From contig NMRA01000457.1 in NCBI GenBank assembly GCA_002633005.1, positions 224,145 through 288,144 of the forward strand: 64,000 bases of DNA, given 5' to 3'. The notes below the pieces were generated by a model. The model had not been told where the DNA came from. It saw nothing but the letters and a program-made list of their open reading frames with translations, and did not search any database. Position 1 is the first letter of the stretch, and each line of letters opens with the position of its first letter. This DNA comes from Phoronis australis. Taxonomy: Eukaryota; Animalia; Phoronida. This document shows, in pieces, positions 26,601 to 36,700 of this stretch. A program made the translations under genes and the position numbers.

Positions 26601-26619
26601 AACTCCTTGGCAAAAATGA
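5317..26619 (+). CDS. KIF18A: Kinesin-8 family motor, KIF18A-like (spliced; about 1180 aa short isoform, about 1373 aa with the alternative last exon to 29102)
   Basis: Phase-consistent join of 5317-5653,6652-6809,7932-8039,10768-10878,11189-11386,12598-12695,13248-13323,14368-14442,15673-15724,17660-17717,17918-18083,19294-19458,20452-20573,20885-21102,21474-21545,21878-22810,23330-23462,24241-24531,25308-25421,26562-26619. Motifs: VVVRVRP, P-loop GATGAGKT, switch I SSRSH, switch [29 protein letters not shown]; KIF18A-type tail motifs ISWADQ and [10 protein letters not shown]. Confidence 0.93.
6087..6590. mobile_element. Non-autonomous hAT-like MITE, copy 1 (6-bp TSD)
   Basis: TIRs CAGGGCTTGGAAT...ATTCCAAGCCCTG; ctaaca duplicated on both sides; highly similar copy at 8076. 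Confidence 0.9.
6652..6809 (+). CDS. KIF18A: KIF18A-like exon 2 (P-loop)
   Basis: [15 protein letters not shown]...VSYLE; ag acceptor, gtaatt donor. Confidence 0.95.
7390..7819. mobile_element. Kolobok-like MITE
   Basis: ttaa|aggtgcgtagtcttattaaa...tttaatgagacgcagcatct|ttaa. Confidence 0.6.
7932..8039 (+). CDS. KIF18A: KIF18A-like exon 3
   Basis: [36 protein letters not shown]; ttttag acceptor, gtaacg donor. Confidence 0.95.
8076..8569. mobile_element. Non-autonomous hAT-like MITE, copy 2 (6-bp TSD)
   Basis: Same family as 6087-6590; TSD aggtct on both sides. Confidence 0.9.
9928..10452. mobile_element. Kolobok-like (TTAA-targeting) MITE
   Basis: ggttatgtaggacc...ggtcgtacatagcc|ttaa; related left ends at about 39275 and 58181. 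Confidence 0.65.
10768..10878 (+). CDS. KIF18A: KIF18A-like exon 4 (switch I)
   Basis: [11 protein letters not shown]...[12 protein letters not shown]. Confidence 0.95.
11189..11386 (+). CDS. KIF18A: KIF18A-like exon 5 (switch II)
   Basis: VFVRQKD...[10 protein letters not shown]...[23 protein letters not shown]. Confidence 0.95.
12598..12695 (+). CDS. KIF18A: KIF18A-like exon 6
   Basis: [32 protein letters not shown]. Confidence 0.95.
13248..13323 (+). CDS. KIF18A: KIF18A-like exon 7
   Basis: [25 protein letters not shown]; ttgcag acceptor, gtaagt donor. Confidence 0.95.
14368..14442 (+). CDS. KIF18A: KIF18A-like exon 8 (neck)
   Basis: [25 protein letters not shown]; tttcag acceptor, gtagga donor. 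Confidence 0.92.
14721..15141. mobile_element. Tc1/mariner-like MITE
   Basis: About 26-bp imperfect TIRs (…TAGATAAGCCCAT / ATGGGCTTATCTA…), flanked by TA. Confidence 0.65.
15581..15603. repeat. (TG)n microsatellite
   Basis: Seen directly. Confidence 0.9.
15673..15724 (+). CDS. KIF18A: KIF18A-like exon 9 (neck coil)
   Basis: [17 protein letters not shown]; ttgaag acceptor, gtaaga donor; phase 0 to 1. Confidence 0.85.
16792..17603. mobile_element. PIF/Harbinger-like MITE
   Basis: TIRs GGGCTGTTCCAG...CTGGAACAGCCC; 3-bp TSD TGA. Confidence 0.8.
17660..17717 (+). CDS. KIF18A: KIF18A-like exon 10
   Basis: Candidate that bridges phase 1 to 2: [20 protein letters not shown]; ttttag acceptor, gtactt donor. 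Confidence 0.7.
17918..18083 (+). CDS. KIF18A: KIF18A-like exon 11 (stalk)
   Basis: [24 protein letters not shown]...YTQNE; ttctag acceptor, gtacat donor. Confidence 0.88.
19294..19458 (+). CDS. KIF18A: KIF18A-like exon 12
   Basis: IMNKVQRQI...GEQVPE; ttacag acceptor, gtgggt donor. Confidence 0.88.
20452..20573 (+). CDS. KIF18A: KIF18A-like exon 13
   Basis: [29 protein letters not shown]...; coiled-coil character. Confidence 0.88.
20885..21102 (+). CDS. KIF18A: KIF18A-like exon 14 (PP1-docking-like REISW)
   Basis: [13 protein letters not shown]...DREISWADQ...; acag acceptor, gtgagt donor. Confidence 0.88.
21474..21545 (+). CDS. KIF18A: KIF18A-like exon 15
   Basis: [24 protein letters not shown]; tttcag acceptor, gtgagt donor; phase 1-1. 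Confidence 0.8.
21878..22810 (+). CDS. KIF18A: KIF18A-like exon 16, large S/T-rich disordered region
   Basis: 933-nt open frame; ttacag acceptor, gtatgt donor; phase 1-1. Confidence 0.88.
23330..23462 (+). CDS. KIF18A: KIF18A-like exon 17
   Basis: [13 protein letters not shown]...GDTC; tttcag acceptor, gtttgg donor. Confidence 0.8.
23752..23923. repeat. Minisatellite, 4 perfect copies of 43 bp
   Basis: atctctctcactcaacttgctctagtgcgaatgatactttatt starting at 23752, 23795, 23838 and 23881. Confidence 0.97.
24241..24531 (+). CDS. KIF18A: KIF18A-like exon 18 (tail)
   Basis: NDENRA...[16 protein letters not shown], resembling the KIF18A tail PSYMAMT motif. Confidence 0.88.
25308..25421 (+). CDS. 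KIF18A: KIF18A-like exon 19 (KEN box)
   Basis: SLSSKENAP...RKTG; gtacag acceptor, gtaatg donor. Confidence 0.8.
26165..26377. mobile_element. Short TA-flanked MITE
   Basis: Inverted termini ctatccatggaac...gttccatggatgg. Confidence 0.55.
26562..26619 (+). CDS. KIF18A: KIF18A-like exon 20: short terminal form, or 22-nt internal exon 26562-26583
   Basis: Strong acceptor ttttattttcag; [18 protein letters not shown]; internal TCC|gtgagt donor after 26583. Confidence 0.75.
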
Positions 26620-28487
26620 CCTGTGATTCCATGCCCCCAACCCAGTGGGTTGTCTCTTTCCTTCTTACGACGCAAGCAAAAGCCCCACCTTTCCTTTTGT
26701 CTAGCCAAAATGCCTGTCTAATCATGTTAAAGGAAATCACCACCTGGATGCTCATTGTTATTACCCAGTGTGAAGTTGACCAGTTTTATATCAAAGTCTC
26801 ACACAATGCCATCAATGAAAACCATTACTGCGGTTTATGTTTTAGGGTGCAACCATTTTGTTGTTATTTTTCCAATACGGAAAATTATACATGATAAAAC
26901 CATGAACAGAGTGGTTCATGGAGTTCATCAATTGCCTCAGCAGGAAAGAGTCGCTGCCGGTAACATGATTTATTAATGTTTAAAGTTCATGACTTTGGCT
27001 CAACCTAATTTGAACTGTACGAGACTTTTAACAAAACTGGGTCTGTTGGATGGCGTATTTGTCAGACCTTCAGAGATGCCTCATTTCTCTAGAACTTGTC
27101 ATACAGTGGTGAGCATGTGTCTTTGGGGAACATGGTGTCTTGAAAGAAGGACGACGTGTGGTTTGAATGAAACTATCGTGTGATATTTAGGACTAAATAA
27201 ACACATGGAATAGGTGTCACTAAGAGAAGCTGGTGTCAAAACATGCAACGAAACGGTGACATCTTCAACGTCATGTGACCCCAGTTTCATCCTGTACATA
27301 GTAGTCACTATTCATCTCTGATCACCGAGTCATACAATGTTGACGTTTACACGAGACAGTGGTATTGTCGTGAAGGTTTTGTAGCTATCGACAAGTCCAC
27401 GTCAGGATCATGTCCTAATTATTATGCTACTGGCTGTCTAGTCATAACAGTTAATCTTTTTTTACTCAAAATCTGGGATTCTTTCCAGCACGTAGAATGC
27501 AGATCACATAGTTACCAGTACGTTAATGTCATTTTATGAAATGTTTTTTTCACCGAGGACCTGATTCATAAAAAGCGACTTAAAACTTGAGTCAGAAATT
27601 TGGTGTTACACTCCAGTTATTTCTAAAAATGATTAAATCTCACTAGTGCAAAAGTCTGAGAATAAATACATACCTGCTAGTTACTGAGATAATTTTGATA
27701 AATCGTTTCTCACCCGTTCTGTGCTCAATGGTTAAACCTTTCAGAATTGTGAATCATTAGCCTTAATTAAGTGAATTCTATGATACAGATCCCCAAGGAC
27801 AACTATTCAGGGTATACCCAGTGAATTTTACTTCTAAGTCTACGTATTCATGACTTATGTGCATACTGGGGTATTTCGTGAAAAGAAAAGACTGAGAATA
27901 TGCCCATAGTTCCTAGTTAGTGAGATAATCTATGTTGAATATTTCTAGGTTGCCATGTGCTAGTATTTACAAGGCTGAACCATTATTCAGTAATTATGAA
28001 ATTGGAGTGCAATACCAAATTTCTGTCTTCAGTCATTTTTCAGACAAACCCTGGAGATGCTTTTGGCTTTTTAAAGTGTTCTTGAAGAGTGATGGTTTCA
28101 CTGCGTGGCCTGTCTCTCAAGAACTGTGTGAGTGTTCTCAATAACAACATTCTTTTCTCATTCATCCTCACAAAGAACAGCTTGCCATTACTGCCATAAA
28201 TACGAAACGATAAGTGAGCAGCACAGAAAAGCACATGGTTCATGGGAAAAGAAATTGCTCAAAAGAATAAAATACGATACACCATGGAATGAAGCACTGT
28301 GCGAAGAGAAATACATTCACGAGAAAAGAAAATTGCTAGCGAGAATGCTCAATATGTGATTCAGTATGTGATACGTGATGTGACTGGCTACCATGTTTTA
28401 AGTTTATGTATGTTAAGCAACTGCCCCATGTTAATTGTATATAGTGTACAAATAAAAGCTTCATCTCAAATGTCTTCTTCCTTCCAG

Positions 28488-29102
28488 TGTCGGACATTGT
28501 CAGAACGCAACAAACTAACTACTTCACTGCTCTACCCTAAAGGTCAAAGTCGATTTGAAACTCGATCACTTGATAATGAGCACCACGTACCGCGGCTCCA
28601 GGCAACACGCATAAAAACTAGTACACCGCCAACTGCACAAAATACAGGTCCTGCAGAGAAACGTCCGACGCCCGTAAACACTACCCAAAAAAACATGACA
28701 CAAGAAAAAATTGGTGATTTCACGAAGTTGTCGGACACCACTTCCAGGAACCAAAATGTCGCCAAGTCTCTCCCATGTTCAACTCCTACCGACATAACCC
28801 GGAGGGTCAAACCACCACCTGGAAGAGTGCAACCAAGGCCGATAATGGTGACACCTTGTGTAAACTCCAGTGGTAGACCTTTAACACCAGTGTCTGCCAA
28901 CAGCATGAGAAGTAACGCAGCCAAAAGGTTTGCTGCACAGAGAAAAGTTCAAAACTTTCCACCACCTTGTAAAGTGCCTGCCAGAGCAGGAAATGTGACA
29001 GCAGATGCCAAGCCATTAGCAAAACCTTTTGCATGGCCGAGACGGCTGGCAACATCGGCTCTAGCTAAGTTAAAGCTAACTGTGTCATCGGTGCATTCAT
29101 GA
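28488..29102 (+). CDS. KIF18A: KIF18A-like alternative last exon (basic, Pro/Thr-rich, 204 aa)
   Basis: Acceptor tcttcttccttccag in phase 0, matching the donor at 26583; open frame to TGA; AATAAA at 29111-29116. Confidence 0.7.
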   Translation, partial: CRTLSERNKLTTSLLYPKGQSRFETRSLDNEHHVPRLQATRIKTSTPPTAQNTGPAEKRPTPVNTTQKNMTQEKIGDFTKLSDTTSRNQNVAKSLPCSTPTDITRRVKPPPGRVQPRPIMVTPCVNSSGRPLTPVSANSMRSNAAKRFAAQRKVQNFPPPCKVPARAGNVTADAKPLAKPFAWPRRLATSALAKLKLTVSSVHS

Positions 29103-30513
29103 AATTTTCTAATAAAATGAACATTACGTCTCAAACGTTGGCATTCATTGTTATACGGGATACAAAGGACAATTTGTCACTTCCTGAAATACTGCTGCAG
29201 CCTCTGATTTAGTGGTATTTACCCACAATGCTGTAAGCTCTTATGCCACTGTGTGTGCAATCACTAAAATAATTGTCAACTCTGATGCAAATTAAGTTTT
29301 ACTGCTGCTTTGTGAGTGACAATGTGGAGATAAAAAATTGAAAAGCCGAGTGGGGTGTGATAAATCATTTTTCACATAATGGTTAAAAAATAAACAAAAG
29401 AAGACATGTACTGCATTAATTATCAAAACAACCACAGACCAGAACCAAATGTCTTTTGAAAAATTTAATCATGAACTTTTATTTTACCAAAAGGACCATT
29501 CACAGTTCATCATTTTTACAAGTACAAAATATGTATTTTGGCTGAGAAGGGTCATGTCTTGCAGCTGTACTACTGTTTTGATGTGAAAATGGCGATGCAA
29601 AACGTGGAGTACAAACAAACAAACATTAATGACTTAAGCACGTGTAAAACAATTTACGTGAACATATGTACTAGCCTACGGAATCATCAAGTTTTTAGAA
29701 AAAGGTGTACAGTTTGCGCACTTAGAAAATGATCGGTTTCAATGCACATTAGCCGAACATACTTAGCAATAATTTGCTCACGTTGTGGTGATATCAAATA
29801 ACTTGAAAAGTGAGGAATAACATTTTAAACAATCAACTGCACACGTGATTTCACTTCAATGTCGAAAAATTAAAACTATTTAGTAAATTTCTGACTGCAA
29901 TGTCATTATTTAACTGACTAGAGAAAAATGATCAAAACTGCCATATCATCTACTGTAATGTTACAACAATGTGTCAACTGCTAGTTGATAGTAGCACTGG
30001 CTTCTTTGATACCAAAGCAATCACTCTTCAGAACGCCCATGACTGTTATGTTCTTCATCTTTATCCCAGCAGTGGGATTCTTCCAATAACGCAACTGTTT
30101 CACTCACTTTACACGGATAATAATGCTGTCTGATTCGTCCGACATATTGGTTTGTCACGTACAATCATTCTTGCAAATGGGCGAGACAAGTCACATTTAT
30201 TTTTAGTGTGTCAGGGTAATACAACATCGCGTAAGTAAAATAGTTTTTAAGAATCCAAAGAAATAACTTTAGAGTAGTTGTATTTCACTTATCAGAGTCA
30301 TCTCAATCCTTTACATTAACTAGTCAAGATTTGCAAACAATGAAAAGTTTGCAAGTAGGACTTTAAAAAGTGTATGGCAGGCCAACAGCAAAATTGCAAC
30401 ATGTCAAAATTAAGGAGATGAAACAACACAGCAATTCAACAGGTCAACATAGCATTCCAACAGCTGGTCAACATAGCATTCCAATCGGTGTCATGGTGAT
30501 CATGTATAGACTT

Positions 30514-30769
30514 TCAGTGATCAGAACTACCAGTGTCTGATGAATCACCACTGGAATCACTAGTGTCTGTTGCCACGGTGATTTGTTTCTTGACCACAAT
30601 ATGAGCTTTTGACTTTGGTCGGGGTACACTGTATCTCTTTGGTAGGCTCTGCCTTTGTGAGTGTGAGCTGGATGGTGCCGATGTGGACTGTGTGTTTAGA
30701 CTAGTTGTTGACAAAGTTGGCTCAGGGAGCATTACAGCGTACACTGTAGTCTGGGTAATGTTACTTGGT
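30514..30769 (-). CDS. CSTPP1: CSTPP1 last coding exon (Ser/acidic tail)
   Basis: Phase-2 acceptor cttttcag; PSNITQ...DTSDSSGDSSDTGSSDH*; minus-strand AATAAA at 29478-29483. Confidence 0.82.
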
Positions 30770-33700
30770 CTGAAAAGTAAAGTAATGAGCTATATCAAAC
30801 AACAAAACGTGCTTTTTCAATGTGAGTTAAAAGAATTTACTATTTCATGTATGAGATGAATAAGGAAATTCCTAAGTGCCACCTTAAGGCCTGCTAACTG
30901 CCCAGTTAACAAAAAGCTTCAAGAATTGACCAGTAATTGCATTTCACGTGACAAAACGATGACACAACTGCAACGTTATTCACAAAACACTATTCAAGAA
31001 ACAAAACTTTGAAACTGATATGTGCTCCCGAGTTAGATGTACCTGATTTTACCAAGCTCAGAAAGCAGAAAATCTTGGGTGTGCAAAATTAAACTTTTCA
31101 GCTTTACTGTGAAAACTATTATGATCATATTCCAACACTTAACATAAGAACAAGTCAGGCAATTCATCATATTTTCCAATAACCTTACAGATAGCAAGTT
31201 CTGAATCTGAACTATATTGGAATAGCATGCAAGTTGCAACAGAACATTCTGTGACGCACTGTCTGTCTGTGAAGTGCTCCAAATCCGTAACCACAACAAC
31301 CACCAGGAAGAAGCAGCTCAATAGAGGTTTAGTGGCTCAGTCTGTCCGTATGTGGATTTACCAAGACTATGTACACTGTCAATTTTGCCTAATGGTTCCT
31401 CAACAAATGATTTTCAGTCCAAAAGTTGTTTGAGGATGCCTTAATTCTGCTGTTTGACAAACAATTTCATTATTTGTATATTTAGTGACATATCTGATGC
31501 TTCAAGCTGCTTTTTGACATATTCAGCTGGCTAAAAATCAAAATTGAATTAGGCCTTTTACTCTAATAAAATTGGGCGCATATTATTCCTTAACGTGGCA
31601 GGATTTCATTTCTGTTACCAACAATATCAAAACCATGCGGTACTCAAAAGTCTATTGTGGCTGGCCAACCCTAAAATATGATAATTCGAAAATGATACAA
31701 TCATGTACACACACATATCTGACTTGATTTGCCAATTCATTCTGCATCAATTCAAGATTGGAGGAGTATGGTAATGTTTTTAAGTCCCGAAGCGATTTGA
31801 TAAAGATTTCAACATAGCCACACAGCTAAACACTGGCAAAATGACCCTTTAACAAGAGACTCGGTATCTAGCATGTGGTGCACAATGCAAACATTACTCC
31901 GCTGTTCTCTCTGAAGAGGAAACAAAACAGAATGATGTTGACCAGCATTTGACCGTTCATAGGATTAAGATCCTACATGTCACTTTCAGACAGAGCAGGG
32001 CTGATGGTTTACGTGCACCAGACACTGAATTACGAGCTCCCATTTGCGATTGACCTGCAGCTACATCCACAGACAGTGTGCAGCACCAACACTAAATCAC
32101 ACCAGCGGCACACAACACACACATGCGCGCGTACACAGTACAAGTGAAAATAAAAGCAACTAATTTACTGCTTGCAACAGGATTTTTTGTTAATCAACAC
32201 TTAAGAACAATTTATGTGAACTGCTCGTCTTTATCGATTTGCTGGACAGTAGTTTGATGATCTTCTTGTCAAAAATATATTTCAGAGAAACAAAGTTCGG
32301 CCAATTTTTGGATGATTTACCATTAACAGTTGTTTCACTTCCTTCATAACTTTTGCCATTAAGTTTTATGTCAACAAAACTGGTTTAAATTAAACTACAA
32401 GGACGTACAATTTTCTTAAGTTACAAGATGATGTGCAAACAGTTTAATTTGAACTTTGTAATAGTTTTTATTAATACCTAAACTCTCATGGCCTAATTAT
32501 TTATTCACGCTACCTTCTTCGGAAGCGTGTTGAGACTTTCACTTTTGAAAAACATGGTGTCAGTAAGCACAATATGAAATCTGTGGTAGGAGAATACCAT
32601 ATTGCAAACAATAAACATTTCAAACTACATACACGACAACACTGGTATTTCAGTCAAATGGCACACAAATCACAAGAAGAACATCCTGGTCTAGAACCAA
32701 TGAAAACTCACATCAGGTTCGGTGCTAGTTAGTGATTGGTTAGTTTGCCTGGCCAACCCACGTGACGACACATAATGATGATATGCGGGGAGTCCACTGA
32801 ACGCAGGCAAGAGATATTAGTAGAGATGAGTATAGACATAACATTCAGAGAAGTTGAGTCGTACAAGATTTTGAGGGCAAAACAAGATAAAAGCTTTACA
32901 AAAAATCCTTAAATGTAAACGATGAATTATCATTTTCTAAAAAAGTTCAGGCCAAGTCTATAATATTGATGTGAATAAAAACTTTTGATCAATATGTTCT
33001 GGAACTTCTTACACAGGAAAAAGCCTGTAGCATCTCAAATCCAAAATGGTGACAATTTCACTTCTTGACAAATTTTTGTGTGTAAACTCAACGGACCATC
33101 ATGAGAGGACAGAGTTTAGCTGAATGGAAATCGTTACCAGCCAAAGCAACAATACAAAGTCAATTGACAAACATTTATCAACAAAGCATTAAGTGGCAAG
33201 TATATTAATTAAAATATTTAGTCTTTGTATAAGTGCACAAAAGAAAGTGCCGTGTTTTAGTGTTGGCTCATTGGGCGACCAAAGTCAGTCATGTGATTGA
33301 GTAGCTGTGTGCTAGATGCGAAAGTGAGTGCGAAATTAAGTTTGACAAACAATAGACCTTCACCTCTTCGGAAAACAAAGCAAAACATTTGTATCTTGTT
33401 CTGTGAGAAAAGAAATAGAATAAAGAATTGTGAAATATGTCAACACAAGGAATTTATAAATTATATTATTGCTTTGTGAGTCAAATTATATTACACAAAA
33501 ATTCATAAAATAAAGAAAGAAAAATTAAAGTTATAGTACCAACGTTGAGACTAAGCAATAAAAATGATTCCTTAATTGACAAGATTCAATTCTCACATTA
33601 TCAGAAATATGACAGATAGTTCAGAATATGGCAGATGGTAACAGATCTTTTGAAAACTAATTTGTCGAAATGATGGCATCTCAGGATGTCTGGGGAACAG

Positions 33701-36700
33701 ATGGCAGGAGGATGACCTGCCTTGCTAGGGGACAGAGAGCCCCCAATTGTCCTCCCAGATGCCCGGGAGCCACCCCGTTGCCATCCATTCAACAAGATGT
33801 TCCAGAACTAATACTGAAACAACAGATGTGAGCAGTTACTCCGGTGAGTACAATAGATTGTTCTGAGTATCACATTTTAAATGACAAATAAAAGTGAGGA
33901 CAATGTAATACAAAAAGAATGCAAACACTCCTCCATTCATTAAGAATTCTTGCAAAATTCTAATGAAAAGTAAAATATGTAAACAATTTAAACACGATCA
34001 GATCCAACCATTAGAAGGGCAACACTTCACAAATCATGTGACAGAACACAATGTACGGCACAGGCACGTAATCTGCTGAGCACAAACGTAAGGTAACAAA
34101 TTTGAGACATTAGTGAAACAGTTGGCTTAACAAAATGTTGATACAGAAAAAGTAATATAGCAGTGTTAGTAGCATTAAACAGAAAGTTTTTACAGATTTG
34201 AAATTTGTTAGTGACATTAAACAAGCAATGCATTGAACATGGCGCTCAACCAGAAAAAAGTCAGACTTCTTACAGAAACGTTATTCTTTGATTTTCATTT
34301 GTTGCAGTTCATTGACAGACCTCCATGAAATAACAGTTGCCGGATACACAAGCCTGATGTCTAGTGCTGTACAAGTATTGACAACACCTCTACGTGGCAC
34401 ATAATAGCCAGTCCCGCAATAAGTTTATGGTAACATTTTAACATTTTTAGTTGAAAAATAATAGCTTTGCTAAAACTAAACCTGTTTCCTTTTTCAAAAG
34501 TTACTAATTCTGAGAATGGCCACAATTTCTCAATACACTGTCTGATGGTGGCTATAACAATAAACTCGCACTGTCTGTTTAAAAACCTACTTTGATTCAG
34601 ACCACCTTATTCAGGTTAGAAATGATCACTAATACTTTGACAAGAGACGATTGCTTCAAACCAGGCCCATTGTACTGCATTGTACTGCATTGTACTGCAT
34701 TGTACTGCATTGTACTGCCCATTGTACTGCATGTTGTGGCTGGTTGGTTTCAGATGTCAAGACAATACAGACATCAATGGAATTCCAGGCCAGTTCAATT
34801 CAAACACTGACAAAGAATGCCATGATGTTACTTTGGATGAGCAAATACATCTGATTGTTTTTAATGCCAGAATATGATTCGTAGCATTTGTTCGACATTG
34901 TTCGTCTATAATGAAAAAACAAATTTTACCTTGCCGCCATGCTTCTTAAATCAGAAATTTTACCGTAAATCAATGTGAGTGAAGTTATTCACATAACAGT
35001 AATCTGTTATCACTCTTTCATGGAAGTCTCTCAACAGTTGCCTGCCTTGAAGGGCCACTTAAATTTGAAACACCAGCATTGGATAAAACAGAAAATACCA
35101 AACTTTGAAGCAAAATGATTTCCCAGTATTGAAAACGAAAAATCATGATCACAACTATTCTTTTTATCAAACATTTAAATAAAATTTCTCAGTCTGTTAT
35201 CCTCTGGCTGACTGCCAAAAATGACAGCTCAGTTTCATGTTTTCCTTCAGTTAGTGAATGCACTCAAGAGGGCGCCACGCAATGAAAGGGAAGGGCTAAA
35301 ATGCATGTCCACTCCTTACATGTCGATTTCTTCATCTGTGGCATCAAGTAACTTCGATTTCATTGGAAGCTTTCCTGGAAATTGCATGAAAAGAAAACTC
35401 AAGGTGAGTGGTGCCGCAGTAGATTTTAGTTAAAAAGTGATACGAGATTGCTATCCTCACCACAAAACTTTCATTCATTTCAACACAAGAACGAATGACC
35501 TGCTGCAACAAGCAAAGGTCTTGTACACCATGGTCTCAAGCAACAACAAACTGCCACTTTTTCCAAAACGGGTTGCCAAAATCAAAAGTTAGTTGTAGTG
35601 ATGTAAGGCGGGCGTAGAGCCATTTTACATTAAAAAAAAAAAACTATCTGCCAATACTAGCTAAATAATGATTGCCAACACTGGTTATCCGATTAAAGTA
35701 TGGCTGTTATTGTGCCAATGATGCAGTGATCGTATTTGAAGTTCACAATCTTTTTAAAAAGTTTCGTTAAAGACAACGTTCCTTTTGTTTTATATTAATG
35801 ATTATGGAGCCTGTCATATTGACTTTTTGTGCTTTCCACACTGCCATGCGCCTGGGTCACCTTTTAAATCAACAAAACTTATCTTAGGGAAAATGTTTAA
35901 ATAACTACTTACAGCGACAAGGCCTCTGAGTCTATTCTTTACTTACCTATGTGTGTGTTGAGATCCTCGTTTTTTGAAAATGCGACAAGAAAACCATAGA
36001 ACGACGTACTTGGTGCAGAAGTCAAGATTTCTCGAAGAATACCAAGAGGTGGGCAACTGAAATACAAAATGAGATAAATGCACAAAGGAAATGCTTAGTA
36101 TGTCATCATGTTCAGAAACTTGAAACAACAAATTAACGTGTTGTCGAGCAAACCATGACACAGGATTGATTACAGGTACAATACAAGCCAAAAGAATTCG
36201 GACAAAATGAGTCAGAAGTTACCATCATGACATCTGGGCAGAATCTGCATTATTAACTCATGAAGGTAGTCGAACCATCCTGTCATTAGAATTTTACCCC
36301 CATATTCATTATTTTGCAAACAGGTTTAGTCTGGTCAACATGCCAACTGATGGCCACAACAAGTGACTTAATACCCCTATAAAATATTCATAATTGCCGG
36401 TCATATTTGCTGTTAACAGACTCTGTCGTAATGACTTCTTAGTGCTAAACATGATCTGATAACGAGACAAATCCAAAAGCTTGCATACATCATTAGTAAC
36501 ATTTTATGCAAATTAAAAAAATAGAATATTTTTAAGACAATTTCTTGCAAATTTACAGAATTTGGAAAATTGAAAAGATTGATGAAACCAAGTTCACCCT
36601 ATTGACTGGTTCACATAAAAACAACAGGAAAATAGTTGGTTGACTGTAAAGCTGACAATACATGAATGCGAGTTTTCAGAAAACATAAATTATCGTAGAG

